Positions 23,796-36,831 of a DNA stretch of 64,000 nt are shown here, piece by piece. The notes beneath the pieces were generated by a model that saw only the letters and a program-made list of their open reading frames with translations, was not told the DNA's origin and searched no databases. The first letter of the stretch is position 1. Every line of letters starts with the position of its first letter. Position numbers and translations under genes: made by a program. Origin of the DNA: Selaginella moellendorffii (Eukaryota; Plantae; Lycopodiophyta); contig NW_003314388.1 of assembly GCF_000143415.4 (NCBI RefSeq), positions 62,001 to 126,000 of the forward strand, written 5' to 3'.

Positions 23796-26700
23796 CTATG
23801 CCGTAGGGAAGCTCCTGTAAGGGTTTCCCAACGCTGCCGCGTTCCCAGAGCGGGAGAAAACAATCTTGTAGCGCTGCGTGTCAGTAAAAAGAAAAGAAAA
23901 GAACAACTTCTAAGGGTTTGCGTACCTGTAAGTTTCCTAGAGTGCACGTCAGAAATCCTGCTGCGCAGTAAATAAAGTAGTAGTCCCATTTGCGCATGAA
24001 GCTCTCACTAAAGCCGAGCTTGGCTATTTCACTGCAAAGACAAAAGGAGAAGAGTAAGGGATTGAGACGTAATCGAGCCGGAAACAAGTAGCATGCCTTG
24101 TTTTGGAGTTGAAGTTTCTTCGCCAGCACATTAGAGTCTGGTAGTAGTGCAGGCCAATGTTCTCCAGATGCTCCACACTGCATTCCAAAGCCCATGAGAA
24201 TGCGTCCAGCCAGCCTCTTACTTCTTACTTACCATAGCGAAGATGCACGGAACATCGCTGCAGTCAGTGCTGCCAAGCAAGGTAAAGAACCGCCGGGGAA
24301 AATGTACTCTTTGATGAACTCTGAGCTCCTCCTGAGCTCGTCGTATCTTTCTTCGGGGACGGTGATCACCTTAATGGACAGCAACCATTGAGTTTTGCTC
24401 CAATGATCATATAACTTTTTGAAGTACCTGAATAACAGCGAGACCATCCTCAGCAAGCAAGTAGTCACACTTTGCGAAGAACTCGTCGTAGTATTCAGGC
24501 CCGACTGCTTCCATCATTTCACTGAAAGAGTTTAAGACAATAGAAATCAGGTGGTTTATATAAGGCGGTATCTCACCATGAAATGATCCTGTTGTATTTC
24601 TTGCATCCTTCAAGGCAACGATAGTCGCATAGCTTCAGCGTGATCTTGTCCTGTGACAGATGATCATAAGAAAAATGAGATAAACCAACACAAGTATACC
24701 TCCAAGCGTTCTTGCGTAACAAGTTGCTTAGCAAAAGCAAGCTGTTCTTCAGACAAGCTTATTCCCGTGTACTTGCATCCCGTTCTACGCACAACTTCTA
24801 CAGCCATGCTTCCCCATCCAAAGCCAATCTCAAGAACTTCGTGGCTGTTATCGATCCTGGCCTGTTCAAAGTACTTTAGAAACAAAAACGGGAATCGGGG
24901 TACATGTGCACCTTATCGATCAGATGGTGGATCTTCCTCAGCTGCGCATCCTTAAGCGGCTCCTCCGGTCCCTGATAATATTCACAGTTAGATTACAGTG
25001 GGACACACACACATAAACTTATTACCTTGAATATAGCGCAAGAGTATGTCATAGTCTCGTCTAAGAAGAGACTGAACATCTCATTGCTCTAAACAAGACC
25101 GTTGTTACAACGAAATTTAGACGCGAGCTAATCAAACATACCAAGTCGTAGTGCTCGGAAATGTTTTTCCGAGCATTCACAATAGAGTTGTTTCGAAGCT
25201 TATGCTTAAGGTAAGCGACAGCGGAACCAAACGCTGCTGTTAAAATAGGAGGAGTCCACCAGCCTCTGAGAAACACAATAAAGCTAGTAACATGCCCATA
25301 AGTAAATTTACAAAGGTTACCTCTTTTCATCCTTGAGAGATTTCAGCATCCAGTCTCTATTCTTGATTATTATCTGCACGAGAAAAAATTTGACACAGAA
25401 GAAAATAAAATAAAATTATACGAGCAGTAGGTTGAGCAATCCATTTTGCGAATCTATGCATGTAAAATCTCCATCCATGTAAGCTTCTGCGAGTCCTAAG
25501 TCAGATCTCGTTGCGATCTAAGAAAACGCAATCTAGTTAAGAAAAATAAAAGAAACCACGAAACAATGCTTACCTTCCAGTAAAAATCTGGATGGTGAAT
25601 CCTCAACTTGCTTGTCAAGTCGCAATCCTTCCCGACGAAGTCTAGAATCGTTCCACCGGCTTCAATAAATCTGTATACATCCAGTTAGCATACCTTTCCG
25701 ATGAAATAAAGAACAAAGAAGCTCAACTGAAGCTTGCCGAAAACAATGTACTTCTGAAGAAACTTTGTCACTTCTCTTCTTGCTTGACTTTGGCACCACG
25801 TAAAATTCAACTGCTTTACGTTCGATAAAGCCTGGTACTTCGCTCCTAATAATGAATTAGCCGCAGCCATGCCTGCCTGCGTCATTCAAAATATGAATAG
25901 CAAGAAAAAGTAAACACGCAGCAAACCTTTAGTCCGTCCTCGTGAAAACCATAGCCTGCACTTACAATCACATTTTGTCAGGTAACTCCGCTCTGTTGAT
26001 CACCAAAGTCTCTCACCTTGATAAGCGCCTGCAAACCAGATTTTTCTTGCGCCTTGTATTGTGTCCAGTTCCTTAAGTGCCGTGGCTGCACCGGGAGATG
26101 GCACGGGATGTCCTGTTCGCCACTTGGAAATCAAATTCTTGGGAGGCCTTGGAGGATTGAGAGTAACTAAATACGGTTTGCCTTCTGTATCACCGAGGTT
26201 CTGCAAGGAAAAGAGTTGGAAGTGTTTATTCATTTCAGAATACTAATCCCATACCTGAAGAAGATTCAACCAGTACGTGACGCAGACACGCCCTTGCACG
26301 CTTCCTAAAAAATTCCACGCACTCCATGCAGCGGTACTTTTAGGCATTAAAGCTCGATCTCTATGCAGGTAGATGTCGCTGCAACAGAAGAAGCATAAAA
26401 GCTGGCCCAATAGAATTTTGTTTTCTTTGAAAGTACCTGTAGCTGTATTGAAATGCGCCAAGAAGTCGTCGCTCGTCAAAAGTTGCAGTTTCTCCTAGCA
26501 AAGTGAGAGCATCCGGAGCATGAGCGGCAACCAGACAAGTGTCGTACACGACTTTTTCTCCGCTCTCCAATATCAGTTTGACACCTGCATCTTATTCTGG
26601 CTGAAAAGTTAGAAAAGTAAATATGTTGTTACCTCCTTCGGTGCTTGATATTCTGGAGACAGCACATCCCAACCGCAATTCGCAGCCCATTTTCGTTAGC

Positions 26701-27647
26701 TCTGCGACAATCTACTGTACTAATGAGATCAGAAGATGGTAAAAAAAAAATGCAAACTTTTACCTTTTCCACGTACTTAATTGATCGGTCCTTGACAGTT
26801 AACCACTGGGGCCTTCCAAATATCTGACAAGACAATGGATCACACCACTTTTTATTCGTTCGTCACTCCTGAACTACCTGAAGGAGGTGATGATTTCTGC
26901 AAAAGGTGAGAATGCTGGCCGCAGAGAAGCCCAAGACTTGCTCAGAAGAACAAGACCAAATTGAAGCACACACGGGAATCTGAAACACGGCATCAAGTAA
27001 GCCAAAGACCTTAGCGATGGTAAATATTGTACCAGATAGCAGTCTCGGAATTTTTCAGAGTAGCCATGAAGTTGAAGGAAGGAGCCAAGAGTCTGATTGG
27101 GATCAACAGCGTCGTCCCCCTGTTCCAGCTTATTTAGATAGCTGGAAAACTGCTTAGTAACGGCTGCAAGCTCGCGATTGTAGATAAAAGCGAGAAACTT
27201 ACTTGAGAACGTCGTCCTGGAACTTGACAATTTCCCGAATCATTCTCAGGAAGTACGGGTTGACAAGGTTGGATTTCTGTGCAAAGACTGCTGCCAGTCC
27301 GGTGCTTCCCCACTCGCAGCCTTTACCCCCATCGAGGCTCACAGAGAATGACATGTCGGAGGTTTCCATGTCCACTCCCAGTTCGTCAAACAGAGAAACC
27401 ATGTTGGGATAAGTCACCTGGTGCATCAAACGCATCACTCACACATATGCAAATGAGAGATTCTTACTTGATTGAAAACCATGAAGCCGAGGTCCACAGC
27501 AATCCCATTCGCATCCTCCGTGCGTGCGTGACCTCCAAAGTAGTTCTCCTTTTCGTAGAGGACAACCTCATGACATCCGGCTTTGCACAGAGTGTAGGCC
27601 GCTACAAGCCCGGAAACACCAGCTCCAATGACTGCAATTCTCTTCAT
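23796..27647 (-). CDS. Plant-type cyclopropane-fatty-acyl-phospholipid synthase (N-terminal FAD/amine-oxidase-like domain + SAM methyltransferase), many short exons
   Basis: RIAVIGAGVSGLVAAY, VDLGFMVFN.VTYPNM, AAWSAWNF, ARKNISEHYDL, VLEIGFGWG, EFIKEYIFPGGSLP, RKWDYYFIYCAAGF. Confidence 0.93.
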
Positions 27648-28775
27648 CCTTTTCGCCCCTCCTTGCCCTGTTCTCAATGTCAGAGCTTCCCGCTACGAGC
27701 ACTTCTTGCGGATTTCGAGCTGCTGCTCACTGGTCATCTTTCATGTTAGAAGAAAAACAAAAAGGTTCAGACACGACGCGATTATGAATATGCAACTTGG
27801 GTCTGTACCATAAAAACCAACGAGAGCATCCCGACACTTAGAAACTGCCTGGCGATGCTCCTATGACAGAAAACCTTTTTGCCACATGAGAGACCTTTGA
27901 AAAAAAGAACAAAAGAAAACAAGACAAGAGAGAAAAAATTACAAAAAAAAAAAAAAAACAAGATCGATAAAGAGAAACGAAGAAGAAGAAAGCAGACAAG
28001 GAAGAAGGCAAGTGGTAGGGAGCAGACGAGATAAGGCAGGGGTGGCTGTGAGGCTCAGCAAGATCCACAATTCAACATAAACAGAAGAAACCAGCAATGA
28101 AAATGCAGGGAAGAAAAAAATGGTACCTGGAAGCAGTTCTTTTCTTTCTTTTTCGTGCTGCTGTGGTGCTGATGTGAAGAACGTGGCCAACCCATGCCCC
28201 ATACTGAAAGTGTGTCGTTGTCCGCTATAAGTAATCATCTTTGACCCGTGATGCTCGACTCCGCCAACCTGTTGGGATGGGAGTCCGGATTTGCTGCAAA
28301 TCTTTCAGAAATTTACCTGTACTGTGCACTTGCGTCAATTTGAACAGGCCGAGGTGGAGCCCTCTCAAGGTGTTCTATATAAACTTTCCTGATGTTGATT
28401 CGTGCGTCCTGATTACGAATGAACAGAGTGAGAAGCATTCTTGGCATGGAGCAACTTACGTGATGTGTTTGTTCTGCGCGGCAAGATGCAGATTTGGACT
28501 TAAGCCACAGACATTTCAGAATCTTGGTCCTGAAAAAACAAAAAGTCAAGTTTGTGCGCAAAAGGGACCAGTTAGCTTACTTGGAGTCATTGAACTCTTG
28601 CGCTCAAACGAAGTCTTCAAACAAGCATGAATTCTTGGCCTTCTAAAAGATGGATTAATTAAACGAGCATTGAAGCTTTTCCTGATTAAACGAACTCTCT
28701 TTGGTACACTGGGAAGGCTTCCACGACCATATAGACCGCGAAGCTCGCACACGCAAATTACAAAACAACAAGTCG

Positions 28776-30926
28776 CTACTTAAGCCTCGTCTCAGTTTCC
28801 TCCGCAATCGATCCTAGCTGGTCGCTCTGTTGCTGTTGCGGCAGCTGCTTTCCATATAAACCGGCATAGACTCGCATCGTTCTCCTCACCAGGAGCATGC
28901 ACAGCCCGGAGCCGAGTATGCAAACTCCCATGAGTATCAAGAACGTCATCCTGAAGCACACGGCCCCCTTGCAATGCAGCCCGTTGTTCTGGCCGCCGTG
29001 GTGGTGATGGTCCCTGTGTCGCATTCCGAATTGCTTCTCGGCTTCACTGTCGTAGATGCTGCCGGCGATCACCCCGGAGAAGAGCAGCGACGCAAGAGGA
29101 TTCGCTACCGTGAGGAAGTTGTAGAGGCTTCCAAAGTTTTTCAGGCCGAAAAGCTCCGAGACGGTAGAAGGCGCAATGGCCCAGTGCGCACCGTAACCCA
29201 GGCCAACCAGTAGCGAGCCAATGTACAACGAGGCAGGCCAAGCCATCGCATAAAAAAAGTGTCCGACTGCCATGACCAGTTGAGCACCAGCGAGTACCAA
29301 GGGCCGAGGATATGCATAATCTCTAAAACACGTAAGAAAACATTAGTGTTATAATACACAAACTCAAAGAAAGTGTTTTCCTGTACCTGACAACCCACTC
29401 GGAGACGAATCCACCGCCAACGCGTCCCAAAAAGTTCCATATGCTCATCATGGACACGAAGATGTGAGCATTTGGATAACCCTGTGCCTGTCCCATTTGT
29501 CCAAGGTTGTCAATGGCCGTGACGCCCGAGCCAGCTCCACAAAAGAGGGCGAAGAACATGAGTAGGAAATCAGCCTTCACGAGAGCTTGCCTTAGTGTGA
29601 AGTCCTCACCACGGCGAGGACCTTTTCTTCTCTTCACCTTGATAGCTCCCTCCGCTACGGCTCGGTACAAGTTGGACTGCATTCTCTGAAGCTTGGCATG
29701 AACCACGCGTTCCGGAAGAGCTCTCGCAGCGCGCTTCTCGTCCTCGAGCTCGCTGAAGTATGGATCATAGACTGGAGCATCGGTTGCTTGACTTGAGCCA
29801 GCACCGGCCTCTGCTTGAACCAGAGGCTCCGTCAACTTCGCTTCTTGAAGCTGCTGCGTTTCCAGCTTCAAAGGTATCGCCAGTGGTAGCACTATCAAGA
29901 TAAACATGCCAAGAGCAAATATCCCCGTCACCAGCTTGCTAACGTCCAGGAGGTCTTGAACCAGCAGCACCACCAACAAGTACCCAGCCATGATCAAGCA
30001 GAGGTTGTAGATAAACCCCAGGTTGACGGCTTCCTCCTTATCCTTCTCTTCGCAAGTGACGGGTGCTTCGGTCTCGATTGGACGTATGATCGGCATCACG
30101 AGCAGTCCAACAAAGACCGGAGCAACGGCAACGAGCAGGATAAATGCGGCTTGATTCGGAGAGAGTAGAGCTCCATACACCAACGTGAAGATGGCTCCGC
30201 AGAGACCCGTGAATCCTTTAAGAATCCCGACGACTGGACCCCGGTTCCTGGGAAAGTTGCGCACCGACGAGACTAGAGCAACCGTGTTGAAATAAGTCTC
30301 TCCATTGGTACCAACGAACATGAGCACGCACATCTACAAACCAAAACAAAGATAGAATTGTCTAAGCGTTAAAACGATCTCGCTAGCAACCAAAACGCCT
30401 ATATGAACTACGAGACAATCGTCAGCCATGCAAACGTTTCACAAAAAAAAGAGAACGAAGAACCAATTAAAAAAACCTCGAAACTGTCGATGGATCCTGG
30501 AAGCCAAGACAAAACGATCAACAGTAACTCCCTCCTATGGCAAGCAAACAAATCCATCCAAATCCAGCCAGGTCGATGCGTACGTATACGTACCAGCCAG
30601 AAGAAAGATGGAAGCGCCGGGTTCGTCACGATGAGCCAAATGCCTCCATAACCGACGAAATTCTGCAAGCTCCCCAAGAACACGAGACCCCAGGGAGGGA
30701 TCACATCCGAGAGGGAGCCCGCAAAAATCCCCACGCTGTCGCCCATGTCCTTGGCCACGCCCAGGATGTTCATCTGCTTCTGGTTGAAATGTAGCCTGCT
30801 CTTGATCAATGGCGAGTAGCTGCCATAGACGTATCCCACCCCCGCGCACGCCTGGATCCAGATCGACGCCACAAGAACCAGCCATCGGCTGTTCCAAACG
30901 CTTCGATGCTGCCGCGATAGCTTCAT
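28776..30926 (-). CDS. Nodulin-like MFS transporter (NFD4 family), tandem copy A, 3 exons
   Basis: RWLVLVASIWIQACAG, NFPRNRGPVVGILKGF, GPRRGEDFTL, IDNLGQMG, SELFGLKNFG. Confidence 0.93.
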
Positions 30927-31822
30927 GGTGTGATCGATCCCCCTCTCTGCCTCTCAAAATCTCGCGAAAATCCCTCTTCCTGACGATCAGACCCTATCGC
31001 CCCACCGCATTCCAAGGAAGACGAATCGATCACGCAAAAAGGAGGCGCCGCCCCGGCATTCGATGCGCCGTGGCTCCGAAATACGCCAGAGGACAAGCAA
31101 CCGATCGATCGTCCCGTGGATCGGATCAAACGGGAAGAAGGCGACGAGGATGAGCAACACATGGAAAATAAAGACACCTAAATCACCACCACTACACCAC
31201 TCTAGTTCACTTTTCACCTTGCGTGAATAGTAACGCACTTTTACATGCGATGGGAATGTCGAACACGTTTTTTTTTCCGGTGGGGCGTTCCAAAAGGTAA
31301 AACAGCGTATTATTTTATGTATTAGTGACAAAGCCTGATTAACCACAAACAACACACACCAACATTGTCCTTTGGACGCTCTTGGCGACTTGCACAGAAG
31401 GAGACAACGTTTGACAACACGGGCGATCGTATCTCCAGTTCAAATGGATGAGGCTAGCTTCTCGGTGTCTCGGCCGGCCGATTGATCCATCGCGAACGAA
31501 AGAAACCAATCTCTCCAAGTTTACTTTCATTTTTTTTCTGTCGGCAAGATCAAAGTGGTCCCTCGAAAAAAGCGGAGACAACATCTCATAAAGATCTTCA
31601 CGTACAAACAAGAGGTCGTAGAAATCGAAAATAAATGCCAACGTGCCAGAAATCTCTAAAGCCACTGCTCGTTTTCCACTCGCAAGCGCCAGTAGTCTTT
31701 CAAGTCGCGCCGAGTCCATCTCCTTCTTCGAGGGTTTTTTCGAGCTTATGTAGACAGACCATCTCCCCAAACTCTTATAGAGCTCAAACTCCTGGCCTCA
31801 CGCTTGTAGCTCGTCTACATAG

Positions 31823-34077
31823 TCAAGCTTCCTCCTCGATAATCGTTTTCATGTTTCCACTATTCTCAGCTCTACTCGCCTGAGACCCCTGTTCTTGTTC
31901 CTGCTGTTTCCCATACAGTCCAGCGTAAACCGGCACCGTTCTCTTCACCAGGAGCATGCAAAGCCCGAAGCCAAAGATGCAAACTCCCATGAGGATGAGA
32001 AAGGTGAGCCTGAAGCACACCGCTCCTTCGCACAGCAGGCCATCCTTGAAATCCTCCGGCCTCCCGTGGAGCTGTTTGGCGGCCTCGTTGTCGTAGACGC
32101 TGCCGGCGAGGACTCCAGAGAAGAGAATCGTCCCTAGCGGAATCGAGACGGTGAGAAAGTTGTAGAAGCTGCCAAAGTTCTTGAGGCCGAAGAGCTCCGA
32201 CACCGCCGACGGGAAGGCAGCCCAGTGCATACCGTAGCTCAGTCCCACCAGCAAAGAACCAACGTAAAGTGACAACGGCCAGGCCGTCGCGTAGAAGAGA
32301 TGGCCGAATGCCATTAGGAGCTGAGCCACAGCCAGCACGCATGGCCTTGGATAAGCATATTCTCTAAATTGAAAAAGCAACAAGCAAACTTGTAAGTTTA
32401 CGTCAGGTCCAGGAAAGAACAAACATAAAGAAACAGAGTACGTATGTAAACAAGCAAACTTGCAAGATCATCTCCAGGAAAGAACAAACAGAGAGAAACA
32501 AAGTAGTAATAGTACCTGACAATCCACTCCGAAACAAAGCCTCCGGAAACTCGTCCCAGGAAGTTCCATATGCTGATCATCGAGACAAACATATGAGCGT
32601 TGGAGTAGCCCTGTGCTTGTCCCATTTGCCCGAGGTTGTCTATGGCTGTCAAGCCTGAGCCGCATCCACAGAAGAGAATTCCAAACATGAGAAGAAAGTC
32701 CGCTTTCCTCAGAGCTTGAATCAGCGTGAAGTCCTCTCCGCGACGAGGTCCTTTCCTCCTCCGTTTAACTTTCACTGCTCCCTCGGCAACGGCTTTGTAG
32801 AGCTCCAATCGCATTTTCGACATCTCCTTCTTGAAGAGAGGCTCCGGAAGGCTTTTCGAGGCTCGCTTCTCGTCCTCTAGCTCGCTGAAGTAGGAGTCAT
32901 AGCCCGCCAGCTTGCTGCCATCGTCTAAGCTCTGGTTTGATCCGGCTGCCTGTTGCATCAGCGGCTCTACCATCTTTCCATTGCCTTCGAAACCCACACC
33001 ACCTCTGAAAAACTCGAGCTTGAGTGGTATAACCAGCGGGAGCGCAAAAAGCAGCAGCATTCCCAGGTAAAAGATGGCGGTCACAAGCTTGCTCACGTCC
33101 AAGATATCCTTGATGAGCAGTACCACGAGGAGATACGCCGCGATCACGAGGCACAAGTTGTAGATAAATCTCATGTGTTCCGATTCTTCCTTGGTGTCTT
33201 GCGGGATCCCGGAGTTTTGCAAAGGCCGGATGACCGGCATGACAATCACACCCACAATAATCGGTGCCACGGCCACGAGAAGGATGAATGCCTCCTGGTG
33301 TGGAGCCAGCAGCGCTCCATAGGCCAGCGTGAAGATTGCTCCACACAGCCCGTTGAATCCTTTGAGAATTCCCACCACGGGGCCTCTGTTCCTGGGGAAG
33401 TTACGTACCGCGGAGACGAGAGAGACGGTGTTGAAGTATGATTCTTCGTTAGTACCGACCATAATGAGCACGCACATCTGCAAGTTTAGCGCAAATCGTC
33501 AATGAACAAATTCCAGGACAATGGAACAGGACAGCTCACAAGTTTAGCGCGAATCAACGAACAACACTGGAACAAGAAAACTCGCGCCACCTTGTGAGAT
33601 TAGGAAGCCAAACAAGTATTCTTCTAGAAAATAAAAACAATCAAATGCTAGACACGAGAACTTGACAATGGCAAGCAAAAACACCGAATACCAGAGGAAA
33701 AAAATGAAAAAAAGATAAAAAGAAGAAGAGATAATCGAGAAACTTACCAGCCAAATGGGCGAAGGAAGAGCCAGATTAGTGACGAGCATCCAAATCCCAC
33801 CATAGCCGACTAAATTTTGTACTCCACCGAGCAAGACGAGCCCCCAGGGAGGGAGCACGGCCGACAGGGATCCGGCAAAGATCCCCACAAACGCACCGAT
33901 GTCTTTGGCGACCGCGAGCGTGTTCATCTGCTTCTGGTTGTACAAGAGCCTGGCCTTGATCACCGGAGAGTAGCTCCCATAGATGTATCCCACGCCGCCG
34001 CAAGTTTGGAGCCACATTGATGCCACTAGAACCAGCCACCGGTTGCGCCAAATCCCACGTCCCGGGAGATGCTCCAT
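31823..34077 (-). CDS. Nodulin-like MFS transporter (NFD4 family), tandem copy B, 3 exons
   Basis: Same motifs and intron positions as copy A; start at MEHLPG assumed. Confidence 0.92.
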
Positions 34078-34522
34078 AGCCTCGAACTGTAGAGATCGCG
34101 CTGCGCGAGAAGGAGATGAAGAAGAGGAGCGCCAATCTTGATTGAAATAACCCGAAGTAAATGCCATGCAAGATTTCCACCATTGCGTTTTACCGAGTAA
34201 ACCAGCTTGCACAAGAAAACAAAGATGTGTCTCTTCATGGAGTGGAGGGGCCATGTACTAATGCCGGGTGGAAGCGAAACACCACCGCGAGAGGAACTTT
34301 CTTCTACCAAGAACACTATCTTGTTTCGATATCATTTTTGAGAGTTTTGATGTTTTTGGAATCATAGTTCATCGGATTGTATGACGCGTTTGGCCTGAAG
34401 TTCTTTAGCTCTTGGATGTGTAACTTGAAGGTTCTTGCTGCTTTCCAGTTAGTCCAGCGTAACCGAGCACCATATCCATCTTCTAGCCAGATTGGTATGA
34501 ACGTAACCGATACTGTCCAAAC

Positions 34523-36669
34523 TTAAGGTTCCTCGGGAATCGATTTCATGTTTTCACCCTGTTCCTGCTGTTTCCCATATAATGCAGCGTAAACCGGCAC
34601 TGTCCTCTTCACCAAGAGCATACAAAGCCCGGAACCGAAGATACAGACTCCCATGAGGATAAGAAACGTGAGCCTGAAACACACGGCTCCCTTGCACAGC
34701 AAACCATTGGCGCCACTCTCACCTGCATTGAGTTGTTTGGCGGCTTCGCGATCGTAAATGGTCCCGGCAAGGACTCCCGAAAAGAGGATGGTTGCCAGTG
34801 GACTTGCGATGGTGAGAAAGTTGTAGAAGCTGCCAAAGTTTTTGAGACCGAAGAGCTCAGACACTGCCGACGGCACAGCTGCCCAGTGCACGCCGTAACT
34901 CAGTCCCACCAGCAAGGATCCGATGTAAAGTGAGAATGGCCAGGCCATGGCATAGAATAAAAGACCCACAGCCATTACCAGCTGAGCCACAGCTAGCACG
35001 CATGGTCTTGGATACGCGTGAGCTCTGAGGGAGAACAAAGAAGAAGAAAGTAAGCAAAGAGTTCGATATCTAGAGCAATAATAGGCAACTAGAGCAAATA
35101 GAAAGTACCTGACAATCCACTCCGAAACGAAGCCTCCAGCAACTCTTCCCAGAAAGTTCCATATACTTATCATCGAGACAAACATATGAGCGTTCTCATA
35201 GCCTTGTGCCTGTCCCATTTGTCCAAGGTTGTCTATGGCTGTCAAGCCGGAGCCACAACCACAGAAGAGTATTCCAACCATAAGAAGAAAGTCAGCTTTC
35301 ATGAGAGCTTGCCTTAGCGTGAAATCCTCTCCGCGACGAGGCCCTTGTCTTCTCTTCACCTTCACAGCTCCCTCGGCAACAGCTTTGTAAAGATCCGAGC
35401 GCATTCTCGCCAGCTTCAGTTTGAAAAGCGGCTCCGGAAGGCTTCTCGATGCTCGCTTCTCGTCCTCTAGCTCACTGAAGGAGGACTCGTAGCCCGCCGA
35501 CTTGTTGCTATCGCTTGATCCTGCTGCCTCTGGAATCAGCGGCTCCACAAGCTTTGCATCAGCGCCACCTTTGAAGAACTCGAGCTTGAGTGGTATAACC
35601 AGCGGGAAAACCAAAAGCAGCAGCAATCCCAGATAAAAAATCCCAGTCACGAGCTTGCTCACGTCCAGCAAGTCGATGATCAGCAGCACCACTAGGAGAT
35701 AAGCAGCGATCACCAGGCACAGGTTGTAGATAAATCCCATGTTCTCCGATTCGTCCTTGGTGTCTTGCGTGATCCCGGAGCTCTCCAAAGGCCGGATGAT
35801 CGGCATGACAATCACACCCACAATAATCGGTGTCACGGCCACGAGAAGGATGAATGCCTCCTGGTGTGGAGCCAGCAGCGCTCCATAGGCCAGCGTGAAG
35901 ATTGCTCCACACAGCCCGCTAAATCCTTTGAGAATTCCCACCACCGGGCCCCTGTTCCTGGGGAAGTTACGTACCGCCGAGACGAGAGAGACGGTGTTGT
36001 AGTATGATTCTTCGTTAGTACCGATCATAATGAGCACGCACATCTGGAAGAACAAAAGGAATGTCAATGCGTATCAAAAAGGAGATCATTCCAGGACAAT
36101 AATAAAAGCTGAGATCATGCCATCTTTCGCGATTGACAGGAAGTTTTCTACCAACCGGTCTCTCTCTCGAACATGTGAAAGCTCTACATTGCTTACCTCT
36201 GACGAAACTTGCCAGATCCAAAACTCTGGCAATGACAAACAAATCACGCAAAACAACTCTGTACGCTAGAGGCAAAGACCAGGAAGAGGAAGAAAAACCA
36301 AAGAGAAGAACTCACCAGCCAAAGGGGCGAAGGAAGAGCTAAGCTCGTGACGAGCAGCCAGATTCCACCATAGCCGACGAGATTTTGGAATCCCCCGAGC
36401 AAGATGAGCCCCCAGGGAGGGAGCACCGTCGACAGAGATCCAGCAAAGATCCCGACGCTGCCGCCAATGTTCTTGGCGACTGCGAGCGTGTTCATCTGCC
36501 TCTGGTTGTACAAGAGCCTGGCCTTGATCACGGGCGAGTAGCTCCCATAGATGTATCCCACTCCGCCGCACGCCTGGAGCCACATCGACGCCACAAGAAC
36601 CAGCCAGCGGCTCCGCCAAATGCCACCGCCATTGCGCGCTCGGCGAAGGGGATCCCCTCCCCGATCCAT
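34523..36669 (-). CDS. Nodulin-like MFS transporter (NFD4 family), tandem copy C, 3 exons
   Basis: Same motifs; intron 2 happens to be in frame, so it appears inside the 514-aa ORF. Confidence 0.93.
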
Positions 36670-36831
36670 GGTTTGAAACGCAACAACCTAAATTACATGC
36701 AAATATATTCAAAGTTTAGCTTTGCCCAGATCCAACGCCTGAGATTAGATTAAATGTGATGTTCAAGCTTGATATATACACAGATTAATATACAAAAAAT
36801 TTCTTTCTTCCTTCGCTTAATTTAAGAGACT

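Noticed and set aside
31339-31770. 143-aa ORF between MFS copies A and B
   Set aside because: No recognisable motif or convincing gene structure; cannot be supported without a homology search.
23796-36669. Cyclopropane synthase + MFS transporters as a biosynthetic gene cluster
   Set aside because: Only one enzyme, flanked by unrelated housekeeping genes; adjacency is expected at this gene density.
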